Under the pieces are notes generated by a model that was not told the DNA's origin, made no database searches, and saw nothing but the letters and a program-made list of their open reading frames with translations. This document shows, piece by piece, positions 7,638 to 16,165 of a stretch of 64,000 nucleotides of DNA. Made by a program: the position numbers and the translations under genes. Source of the stretch: Ktedonobacterales bacterium (GTDB lineage: Bacteria; Chloroflexota; Ktedonobacteria; Ktedonobacterales; JADMIN01); assembly GCA_052143275.1 (NCBI GenBank), contig JBKQTH010000136.1:1184-65183 (forward strand), in the 5' to 3' direction. Each line of letters opens with the position of its first letter. The stretch's first letter is position 1.

Positions 7638-10600
7638 CTATTGCTCCCTTACCAGTCGCGTCAGCGTACTAAGTAACTCTTCGTCTTGATAGGGCTTCAC
7701 CAGATAGGCATCGGCTCCAAGCTGGAAAGCCCGCTGATGGTGCTTGGTTGCCGCGCGCGATGTCAGGACAATCAGCGGCAGGTGACGGTACTGCTCTTGA
7801 CTGCGCACAGTTGCCATCAACTCGTATCCATCCATCCGCGGCATCTCGATGTCTAATAGCACTGCGGCAGGCACCTGGCGGGCAATGACCTCAAGGGCCT
7901 CTACGCCGTCACGTGCCGCCTGAACCTCCCAGCCGTTGGCCCTCAGCATATTACTGACCACGCGACGGACACTGGGGCTGTCATCCACAACCAATACATA
8001 TGGGCGCTGCGCCGAGGGTCCCATGGTAACGCGTTGTGGCGCAGACGGAGTGGGCATATGGTTGGAGACGACAAATGGACCAGGTGCGGCTGTGGTTGGC
8101 AGGGGCGGTGCCTCAGTCGGCAGCGGGTTACTCACTGCCCCCAGTGAACCGAGCGTCTGTGGGTAGGAGGCTGACCATCTCTCCGCGTCGGTCCCAATCG
8201 GCCCCCGGGGCCCCGAAGCAGTTGCCGGGCGGCGAGCTCCAGATTCCGCAACCGAGCCTGCAGATTCCGGTCTGCCCGCCGAATCCATGGGGATTGAGCC
8301 TCCTGGGGATGCTACCGGGAGAATCACCAGCTCCGGAGGTTGTTGAGCCAACAGCTCGTGCAGCTCAAGAATAACGACTACCTGTCCATTGCCCAGGACC
8401 GCCGCTCCAGCCACGCCCCGCACATCGCGCAGGTGTGGGCCAAGCGGTTTCACTACCACCTCTTGCTGTACCAATACGGCATCTACCAGAAGTGCCATCC
8501 TCCGGTTGCCGGCATTCACCAGAAGCACTGACGAGCGGTCCTGTACCACACCGGGCTGCAGACGCAGGTAGCTTGCCAGCTGAGCCAGCGGAAAACGCTC
8601 TCCACGTAGCTCAATCGAGGGTGACGGCGTAGCAACAGTCTGGTAGTAATCAAGACGACCAATTTGATCCACGACCGCCATTGGAATTGCCAACGTTTGG
8701 TTCTTCACCTTGACCAGTACCGCACGAGTGATTTGGAGGCTGATAGGGAACTTCATCGTGAAGACACTACCCTGTCCAAACACCGACTCCACCTCTATCG
8801 TGCCACGAAGGCGATTGACAGTGTCCCGCACCACGTCGAGCCCGACTCCACGTCCCGCCTCTTCGGTGAGCGACTCGGCAGTAGTGATGCCCGGCTGAAA
8901 GATGAGGTTTATCGCCTCCTTCTCCGAGAGCTGGGAATACGAATCGATCCAGCCTCTTGCCACTGCCGTATCGCGTATACGCTGGGTATCGATTCCCGCA
9001 CCATCATCGCGTACAGCTATGACCACTTGATTTCCCTCATACGAGGCGGAGACCAGGATCTTTCCGGCAGATGGCTTACCAGCCGCCTCCCGGACTTCGG
9101 GTCGCTCGATGCCGTGATTGACAGCATTACGTACCAGATGGAGCAGCGGACCGACTACCTCTTCGAAGACCTTTCGATCAACTTCGGTCTCGGTGCCGTC
9201 AGCATAGAACTCAATCTCCTTGCCCTCGCGCAGCGCCGAACCACGTGCCACGCGATACAGGCGCGGAACCAGAGTCTGGAGCGGCACCAGGCGTGCCTTT
9301 AGTAGCCGCTCCTGAAAGTCAGAACTCAGCCGGCTCTCGCGGGCGAATGAGGCTTGGCACTCGCGCAGCACCGATTCCATCTCATGAGTCAAGGTGACAA
9401 TATCGGCCACCCCCTCGCCTAGACCTCGGGTCAGCTGGTGGAACTCAGTGTAACGATCAAGTTCAAGCTCGTGGAACCCTTGCGAAGATCGGCCGCTGGA
9501 AACCGGCAACCGGCCGCTTCGACTGCTCTGATCCTGACCGCCGCTCATTCCGGCCGCCCTTGCCGTATTTCCGCCGAAAGAGCCTGGCCCACTGGGCAAC
9601 GCTGCCGCCTCGAAGCCAGTTTCGATGCGCGCGCTGACGTCGCGCAAGCGTTCGCTCACGGTGCTTCCGTCGCTTACCAGACGATTGAGGCGATCCACAC
9701 GTTCTTCCAGCACCGAGCGATTGATTAATAATTCACCGAAGAGATTAACGAGATCGTCGAGCTTGCTTAACTGCAGACGCACGCTGAGGTCGGTGCTCTC
9801 GGGAGACGGTTGCTCGACATGCTCTTCTCCCTCCTCGTCTAGCCCGATCAGCACCGGATCAGTCGTGGTGTTGGCGGCTTTGGAGTCGGCGAGAAACTCG
9901 TTGGCGATGTGGCTCCCCGTGATTTGGGTATACCGACTGGCCAGAGACTGTAATAAACGCTGCTGCTCAGACGGTTGGCTGAGCACTCGGGTAACCATAA
10001 AGTCCAGCGCCTCAGATGTATCAAGCAGCAGGCTCAAGACCTCGGAACTCAAAGTCAGCGATTGCTCGACCAAGCGGTCCAGTAAATCCTCAGAGGCGTG
10101 TGCAGTCTGCTGGATGACAGTAAAACCCATCATCCCAGCAGCGCCTTTCAGCGTGTGCATGGCACGTCGGATATTCTGTAGCGCGGCGTTGTCGCGTGGC
10201 GATCTTTCAAGCTCAGCAATACCGCTAGTGATATTCTGCAGATGTTCCTGAGCTTCTTCGCGAAAAACCGCGATTGCCTCAGGTGACTGTTCGCTGGTAA
10301 TTTGCACTGGCTTGGAGGTGCGCCCAGTTCCCATTGGGATAGAGGACAAGATGGACGGTTTGCCACTTGCATCACTCACTAGATTAGGTGTCAGTTCCGT
10401 CAGTAGTTGGCGGCGCACCTGAATCTGTAAATCTTGGCGAAGCTGGTCTTCCTCGTCCCGGCGAACCTCGGCGGCCACCTCGGCACGCACCTCGTCCTCT
10501 AGCTCACGGCGCAATTGTTCGCGCACATCACGTTCCAGTTCCGCACGCGTGCCAGCGTTAAGAGCGGGCATCTCGGTAGTGCTATGCGGAGGCATACCCG

Positions 10601-12212
10601 GAGCTGCAGTGGCGGGAGTCCAGGAGAATTGTGCTACAGTCGCGCTGAAGCCATCACCAGGTGTAGGGCCAACCGAAGACATCGAACGAAAAATCTGGCC
10701 AAAATTGGCCAGCATTAGGCGTAGGTCATCTAGGGTTTCTTCGATCTGCTCCTCGGTTGCCGTCACCCCACGCCCCGAATTGTTCAAGAAGCCTATGAGC
10801 TTCTTGAGACGCATGGTCGTGACCCAGATGACCGAAAGAGGCAGATAGCGACGCACTGAGTCAGGGCTTCGACGCAGATCGAGTCCCATCTGGCGACCGG
10901 CCCACTCTTCCAGACGGTCAAGAGCGTCTCGCGAGCCATCCAGGAATCCTCGCAGCTCAGTCCGCTCATCCTCCATGGCTTTGGCTGCACCATAGATTGA
11001 GGTGGCTACATCCCGCAGTCCGGCAACTTGGCGACGTATCGTTTCTTCTCCGAGGCGTAAGTCGTCAAGCGAGGTCTCTCCCCGCACATCCCCTTGGGAG
11101 CTGCTCTGACCCGCGACCTGATACGGCTGATTCGTCCCTCCCATCGTGGGTAGCTGATTGGTACCAAGCGTGGACACATCGGAAGTATCGACTCCCTGCG
11201 ATGGTGGGCGTGGCCAGAGCGTGGAAGGCGAGGCAGTTAGCGGGGCTGTAGGCATACGAGGCGCCGTATCCGCCAAGTCGTACCCGTTAGTGGTCTCATC
11301 ATCCTGAGCCCGCGCGGTAAACGCGCTCAAAATATCGTCATAAGAGTCTTGCGACTCAACTGCGAAGAATGGAGTCTGCTGGCCTGGCGGCATTGCCGGG
11401 AACTGAACGGAAGTACTGTTCTGGCTGGTGCTAGCGGTTCTAGCTGGCGGCAGGTTGGCGACTTTATCGGTAGGATAACCGGAAATCGAGCTGGCCCAGG
11501 GATCGACCTGCGCGGGAATGGGGGGAATGGCAGGTATTGGGCCAGTCGGACTTGCCATGGGATCAACCGGGTAGCTAGATGACCCTACTTGTGGTGGCAG
11601 CGGCTGGGTCGATTGGTTGAGTTGCGGGTACTGGCCGCTAGGACTGGAGGGAGAAGCGGTGCCGTCAGGCGCAGCAAATGGCGCTAACCATCCGGGCACA
11701 GCCATACCCGGAGCAGACGGCCCACTTGCCTCGAAGGACCGCGTAGCGTCTGCAGACGGCATCGCTCCTGAACCAGTAAGTCCACCACTTGCTGCCAGCG
11801 GGCCGCTGGCAGGGGTATCGCCGAGACCACGCCAGGCCACGCGATCCGCGTCATCTTCGGCAACCAGTGGCGTGCCGTCCGTGTTGGAACGGATATGCTC
11901 TACCAGTCGCGATAGTCGTGAAAATGATCGGCGCAGCAAAGCAATTGTCGGGGCATCCAGGCTGACATGAGCATCGATCGCATGACCTAGAATGTCCTCT
12001 ATGCCCTGAGCGACATGTGCTAGGTTCCCAAAATCCATCATTGCCGCTGACCCGCTGATGGTGTGGGCGCGTCGATACGTCTCCTCAATGACATTCATAT
12101 CATCAGGTTGCTGTTGGAGCGTATCTAGATTGGCTTCGATCTCGGGCAGATAACTGGTGACTTCGGCGAGAAAACTCTCCAGTATAGCGAAAGTGTCGAA
12201 ATTATCAGGCAT
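7638..12212 (-). CDS. cheA: Hybrid CheA-type histidine kinase (ChpA/PixL/FrzE-like). Domain order: Hpt, P/S-rich linker, helical module, Hpt, dimerisation, HATPase, CheW, linker, receiver.
   Basis: Hpt1 is YRRAHTISGSAAMM (His50). Hpt2 is RRAMHTLKGAAGMMGF (His686, codon 10155-10157). The ATPase boxes are HLVRNAVNHGIE, DDGAGID and GRGVGLDVV...GQGSVF. The CheW domain is LVKVKNQTLAIPMAVVDQI. The receiver is VLVVDDSPSVRR...LLDIEMPRMDGYEL...YLVKPY. Confidence 0.93.
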   Translation of the reverse strand: MPDNFDTFAILESFLAEVTSYLPEIEANLDTLQQQPDDMNVIEETYRRAHTISGSAAMMDFGNLAHVAQGIEDILGHAIDAHVSLDAPTIALLRRSFSRLSRLVEHIRSNTDGTPLVAEDDADRVAWRGLGDTPASGPLAASGGLTGSGAMPSADATRSFEASGPSAPGMAVPGWLAPFAAPDGTASPSSPSGQYPQLNQSTQPLPPQVGSSSYPVDPMASPTGPIPAIPPIPAQVDPWASSISGYPTDKVANLPPARTASTSQNSTSVQFPAMPPGQQTPFFAVESQDSYDDILSAFTARAQDDETTNGYDLADTAPRMPTAPLTASPSTLWPRPPSQGVDTSDVSTLGTNQLPTMGGTNQPYQVAGQSSSQGDVRGETSLDDLRLGEETIRRQVAGLRDVATSIYGAAKAMEDERTELRGFLDGSRDALDRLEEWAGRQMGLDLRRSPDSVRRYLPLSVIWVTTMRLKKLIGFLNNSGRGVTATEEQIEETLDDLRLMLANFGQIFRSMSSVGPTPGDGFSATVAQFSWTPATAAPGMPPHSTTEMPALNAGTRAELERDVREQLRRELEDEVRAEVAAEVRRDEEDQLRQDLQIQVRRQLLTELTPNLVSDASGKPSILSSIPMGTGRTSKPVQITSEQSPEAIAVFREEAQEHLQNITSGIAELERSPRDNAALQNIRRAMHTLKGAAGMMGFTVIQQTAHASEDLLDRLVEQSLTLSSEVLSLLLDTSEALDFMVTRVLSQPSEQQRLLQSLASRYTQITGSHIANEFLADSKAANTTTDPVLIGLDEEGEEHVEQPSPESTDLSVRLQLSKLDDLVNLFGELLINRSVLEERVDRLNRLVSDGSTVSERLRDVSARIETGFEAAALPSGPGSFGGNTARAAGMSGGQDQSSRSGRLPVSSGRSSQGFHELELDRYTEFHQLTRGLGEGVADIVTLTHEMESVLRECQASFARESRLSSDFQERLLKARLVPLQTLVPRLYRVARGSALREGKEIEFYADGTETEVDRKVFEEVVGPLLHLVRNAVNHGIERPEVREAAGKPSAGKILVSASYEGNQVVIAVRDDGAGIDTQRIRDTAVARGWIDSYSQLSEKEAINLIFQPGITTAESLTEEAGRGVGLDVVRDTVNRLRGTIEVESVFGQGSVFTMKFPISLQITRAVLVKVKNQTLAIPMAVVDQIGRLDYYQTVATPSPSIELRGERFPLAQLASYLRLQPGVVQDRSSVLLVNAGNRRMALLVDAVLVQQEVVVKPLGPHLRDVRGVAGAAVLGNGQVVVILELHELLAQQPPELVILPVASPGGSIPMDSAGRPESAGSVAESGARRPATASGPRGPIGTDAERWSASYPQTLGSLGAVSNPLPTEAPPLPTTAAPGPFVVSNHMPTPSAPQRVTMGPSAQRPYVLVVDDSPSVRRVVSNMLRANGWEVQAARDGVEALEVIARQVPAAVLLDIEMPRMDGYELMATVRSQEQYRHLPLIVLTSRAATKHHQRAFQLGADAYLVKPYQDEELLSTLTRLVREQ

Positions 12213-12314
12213 ATATTACAACCAATCTGTGGCACCATATGACGGTATCCAGGTTGAGCAATAGAGTCCATTATGACGAGCCGAGAGTCGCCACGATTCT
12301 CGCTATGTGTGGAC

Positions 12315-14081
12315 CTATTGATAAAGGTCCGAAGGATGCGGGTCGCCGCCTACCTGATCCTCATTGTAGTGCTGATCTCGATAGCCCTGCTGCGCCGGAA
12401 CGCCATTATACGGAGGGGGACCATAGTAGGTACCATAGCCTCCGTTAGTATAGCTGTTATAGTCGTAGCCGCCAGTATCAAACTCATTACCGAATCCCAT
12501 GCCTCCCAGCGCGCCAGCTGTCGCCGGTGGAAGCGCCGGTAACTGCGGAATCTCTTGAGTCCAACGTGCCGATCCTCGACCGGGCAGATTGAGCGCCGGA
12601 GGATACGCGCTATCGGACTGAGGCAGCAGCGGAGAAATCTCGTTACTCTGTTCGGGCAGCCGGAAGGTAGCCACAGACGCGCGTAACTGCTCGGCAAGCT
12701 CGGCAAGATAGCTTACGGCAGCTGTCGTATCCTGCGTGGCGGAATTAGTTTGGCGGGTGATTTCGGCGATTCGGGTCATGGCCGCGGCGACGGCTTCAGA
12801 GGTCTGGGCCCGCTCATTGGCCGCTTTGGCAATGCCCTCGATCATCTTGGCCTGCCGATCCACCGCTGCGTAAATACTGCGGAGCGCCTCACCAGCTTGA
12901 TCCGCCAGTTGGGAACCCTTGACCACCTCCTGAGTACTCTCCTCCATTGCCACCACCGCCTCGTATGTATCGCCCTGAATACTCTTCACAATGGTAGCAA
13001 TCCGTTTAGTCGCCTCGGTGACACGTTCAGCGAGCAAGCGAATCTCATCAGCTACCACTGCAAAGCCGCGACCGTGTTCACCAGCCATCGCAGATTGTAT
13101 AGCCGCGTTTAGCGCCAGCAGATTGGTCTGATCGGCAATATCTTCAATCAGCCGGACGATTTCACCTACTTCCTGCGAACGCTCGCCCAGACGTTTGATC
13201 TTCTTTGAAGTCTCCTGTACATTCTCTCGAATACGGACCATTCCATCGATCGTCTGGACTACTGCCGTCTGCCCACCGTCGGCATTTTTCAGGGCATCCC
13301 GCGCAGCCTCCGCCGCTGCCAGCGCATTGTTGGCCGAGAGCTGAACAAAATCGGCCAGCCGCGCCACCGACTCAGTGGTTTGCGAAATCTGAATGGCCTG
13401 GGCATCTGATGCCTGGGCAACTTCCGCCGAGCGGTCCAGTAGACGGCGAGTGGCATTGGTCACCTGGAAAGTGGTTGCCTGTACTCGACCAGCAACCTTT
13501 GCCAGCTCTTCGATCATGTAGTTGAATGAGTCAGCTAGAACGCCAAGCGTATCAGGAGTCACTTCAGCCTGTACGCGCAGATCTCCATCACCCACTGCAC
13601 TGACTTCCTGGAGGAGCTTCTCGATCTGTGCCTGTAACGCGGCGGCGTCCTGCGCGTCGCCGCCGGCGTGGTTTGAGCTTACGCTGCGGGTTATAGGAGT
13701 GCCGTCCAAGAAAGCGTTGACCGCCGAAGCCAGCACCGCAAACTCATCGTCGCCATGCACCGGTGCACGGACACTCCGATCACCGCTCGAGACCTGGCGG
13801 CAAACATCAGCCAGCTCAAGAGCCTGCCCCCGTAGAATGCTTCGCATGCGCAGCCAGGCGAAAGCCACGCCGAGAAACACGAGGAGAGCAAGACCAAATG
13901 TCACGCCCCACATGAGAGTTTCAGCGGGAAGTCCGTTGGTACTGGTTACCGAAGGTGGTATGTTGGAGACCGCCCAGGCTCCCAAACCCACAAGCGCCAC
14001 CACCGGGAAGACTGCGGTGAGCAGCATGAGTAGATTCAACTGAGCGCCGGCAGACCAGCCGGTCTGCGTACTGGAATCCAT
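12315..14081 (-). CDS. Methyl-accepting chemotaxis protein: 2 TM helices with a minimal loop, two HAMP-like units, signalling domain, low-complexity tail
   Basis: The conserved hairpin tip is [44 protein letters not shown] signatures are [14 protein letters not shown] and [27 protein letters not shown] upstream of the ATG at 14081. Confidence 0.92.
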   Translation of the reverse strand: MDSSTQTGWSAGAQLNLLMLLTAVFPVVALVGLGAWAVSNIPPSVTSTNGLPAETLMWGVTFGLALLVFLGVAFAWLRMRSILRGQALELADVCRQVSSGDRSVRAPVHGDDEFAVLASAVNAFLDGTPITRSVSSNHAGGDAQDAAALQAQIEKLLQEVSAVGDGDLRVQAEVTPDTLGVLADSFNYMIEELAKVAGRVQATTFQVTNATRRLLDRSAEVAQASDAQAIQISQTTESVARLADFVQLSANNALAAAEAARDALKNADGGQTAVVQTIDGMVRIRENVQETSKKIKRLGERSQEVGEIVRLIEDIADQTNLLALNAAIQSAMAGEHGRGFAVVADEIRLLAERVTEATKRIATIVKSIQGDTYEAVVAMEESTQEVVKGSQLADQAGEALRSIYAAVDRQAKMIEGIAKAANERAQTSEAVAAAMTRIAEITRQTNSATQDTTAAVSYLAELAEQLRASVATFRLPEQSNEISPLLPQSDSAYPPALNLPGRGSARWTQEIPQLPALPPATAGALGGMGFGNEFDTGGYDYNSYTNGGYGTYYGPPPYNGVPAQQGYRDQHYNEDQVGGDPHPSDLYQ

Positions 14082-14386
14082 GAGTATCGGACCTCCTCAA
14101 TACAAAGGCTTACTTGAATAGCATCATACTACCAATGGCGTTTAGGAACCCCAGTCCGCGATAAGACCGATTATGATAATAAGGCAGAGAAAGACACCAA
14201 AAAGATACGCCACGTATGACGGCCCCAAAACATGGAAGCGCATACGGGTTGGCGAATTGGTGCTGTGCGCGTGAGCTGCCAACTACCTCAGAGTACCACG
14301 GACTACCAAGACTTTGAATACTCGCATGAGAAGGAGGTCACAGCACAGATAAGCATACATTTTTTCGCGGCGTATTATCCCGCTGA

Positions 14387-15094
14387 TTAGGCGTGGTAGC
14401 GATGCATTCTGTCAGCGAATAATAAGCGCTCGGGGTCAAACATGATGATGGCACGCCCATCAATATTGATTGTCCCCATGGCATAGGGGGCCGCCCAGCT
14501 AGGAGCTGATGCATTTGAGAGCGCGCCTTGATCCAGGTCAAGCTGGCGCATTTCATTGACGCCGTCCGCTACCATACCGATTGTCATCTCCCGCTTCGTG
14601 ACTACCAGCAGGCGGGAGCGTTGTGATATTGGTTGTGAAGGCAGGCCCAAAAAGCCGCGCAGGTCGACAACGGAGAGGATGGAACCCCGCAAATGCACTA
14701 TCCCCAATACCCAAGGCAGGGTATTAGGGACGGTCGAGATATCACCGATACGCTCGATACCCTGGACCGAACCGGCAGGAAACGTACATTCGCTGTCATT
14801 TAGTGCAAAGATGATGTGCTGGGGTATAGCCGCACCTTCAGAATCAGCGGTCGCCACACTCAGGCCCATCATGCGAGCCAGCTCGGAAATTTGAGCACTG
14901 CTGGTGATGCCCGCGCGATGGGCGATCTGAGTCAAGACTTCAGGAGTCAGGGTCTCCCCGGTAATACCGTCCTGGCCGCCTCCAAATGAGCGTAGCGCCT
15001 TTTGAAGTGCCTCAGCCGTACTCGCCCGTACACGCAGTGCCGAGGCATCAGGCGCATCGGAAGCACCATTCATCACAAAATGAGGGTCGTTCAT
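14387..15094 (-). CDS. cheW: CheW-like coupling protein with an N-terminal extension of about 90 aa
   Basis: CheW core: IIFALNDSECTFPAGSVQGIERI...VPNTLPWVLGIVHLRGSILSVVDLRGFLGL...LLVVTKREMTIGMVADGVNEM. Confidence 0.85.
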   Translation of the reverse strand: MNDPHFVMNGASDAPDASALRVRASTAEALQKALRSFGGGQDGITGETLTPEVLTQIAHRAGITSSAQISELARMMGLSVATADSEGAAIPQHIIFALNDSECTFPAGSVQGIERIGDISTVPNTLPWVLGIVHLRGSILSVVDLRGFLGLPSQPISQRSRLLVVTKREMTIGMVADGVNEMRQLDLDQGALSNASAPSWAAPYAMGTINIDGRAIIMFDPERLLFADRMHRYHA

Positions 15095-15129
15095 TGACTA
15101 CAAGTTCTCCGATTGATCGCGGCCATGTC

Positions 15130-15489
15130 CTAAATTAAACTGCGGACGCTTGCCAACAATTCGTCTTTGCTGAAAGGTTTGGTAATATACATGTCGGCAC
15201 CCTGCTGCAGTCCCCATTGCCGGTCAAGCGCCGTGTTCTTCCCGCTAATCAAGATGATGGGAATATCCCGGCTCTGCTCCATTTGCTTGAGCCGGCGGCA
15301 GAGTTGAAAGCCATTCTGCTTGGGCAAGATGATATCGAGTAAGACGCACTGTGGCCGCTCATGCAACACTTTTTCAAGCGCTTCGTCACCATCGACAGCA
15401 GTTATCACATCATACCCGCTATCGCGCAGAGGCGTAGCAATCAATGTGAGATCCGTCCAACTGTCGTCAACTACTAATACCTTCGGCAT
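15130..15489 (-). CDS. Single-domain response-regulator receiver (CheY/PilH/PixH-like)
   Basis: MPKVLVVDDSWTD...VLLDIILPKQNGF...ILISGKN...MYITKPF. The ORF is trimmed to the ATG at 15489. Confidence 0.9.
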   Translation of the reverse strand: MPKVLVVDDSWTDLTLIATPLRDSGYDVITAVDGDEALEKVLHERPQCVLLDIILPKQNGFQLCRRLKQMEQSRDIPIILISGKNTALDRQWGLQQGADMYITKPFSKDELLASVRSLI

Positions 15490-15653
15490 GAGTACTACTT
15501 TTCTGCCTTTCAAACGTGTCAGGTTGCGGCTAAACCGCATCTGAACCCGGCTGACCACCGTGGCCCCAGACCCTCCGGCTGTGAGGCACACTGGCCCTTG
15601 CTCCCATGAATCGCTATCGTGGGTTAACCGGAGATGAACTGCATGGCTCTCTC

Positions 15654-16139
15654 CTATACATGCCGGCGGGCTTTCTGCTGACGTTGTAGAGCACGCTGTG
15701 CTGCCCGTTCACGCACGACTGTGGAATTCAGATGTCGCTTCACAGTTTGCACAAGTTCGGCCGAATCGAAGGGCTTGGTAATGTATTCAGTCGAGCCAGC
15801 CAGCTTGCCGCGCATCTTATCGAACAAGCCGTCCTTACCACTCAACATAATAATCGGCATATCTCTAAATGCGTTGTTTCTTCGCACAACCTGGCAGATA
15901 TTATAGCCATCCATACGTGGCAACATGATGTCCAGCAGGATGAGATCCGGCTGCTCATCTGCAACCGCGGCAAGTGCGCTTAGCCCGTCACCAGCAGTCA
16001 CCACGTGAATACGCTCACGTTGAAGAGTAAGCTGCACAATTTTGCGAACGGTTGGGCTATCGTCCACCACCAACACCACCGGATCATCCACGTATTCCGA
16101 CCTGCCTTCCACAACGTCGCCAGCCGACCCTATACGCAC
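15654..16139 (-). CDS. Single-domain response-regulator receiver (PilG/PixG receiver-like) with a short N-terminal extension
   Basis: VVLVVDDSPTVRKIV...LILLDIMLPRMDGYNI...IMLSGKDGLFDKMRG...EYITKPF. GTG start. Confidence 0.9.
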   Translation of the reverse strand: MRIGSAGDVVEGRSEYVDDPVVLVVDDSPTVRKIVQLTLQRERIHVVTAGDGLSALAAVADEQPDLILLDIMLPRMDGYNICQVVRRNNAFRDMPIIMLSGKDGLFDKMRGKLAGSTEYITKPFDSAELVQTVKRHLNSTVVRERAAQRALQRQQKARRHV

Positions 16140-16165
16140 TACGAATTATCGCCTTCATTGCCTCT

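Noticed and set aside
8664-10251. Plus-strand ORFs of 212 aa and 208 aa (8664-9302 and 9625-10251) inside the cheA region
   Set aside because: They are antisense to conserved HATPase and Hpt coding sequence, and their Ser/Arg-rich translation is implausible.
13522-14043. 173-aa plus-strand ORF inside the MCP gene
   Set aside because: It is antisense to the MCP HAMP/TM region. The sequence is low complexity with no start context.
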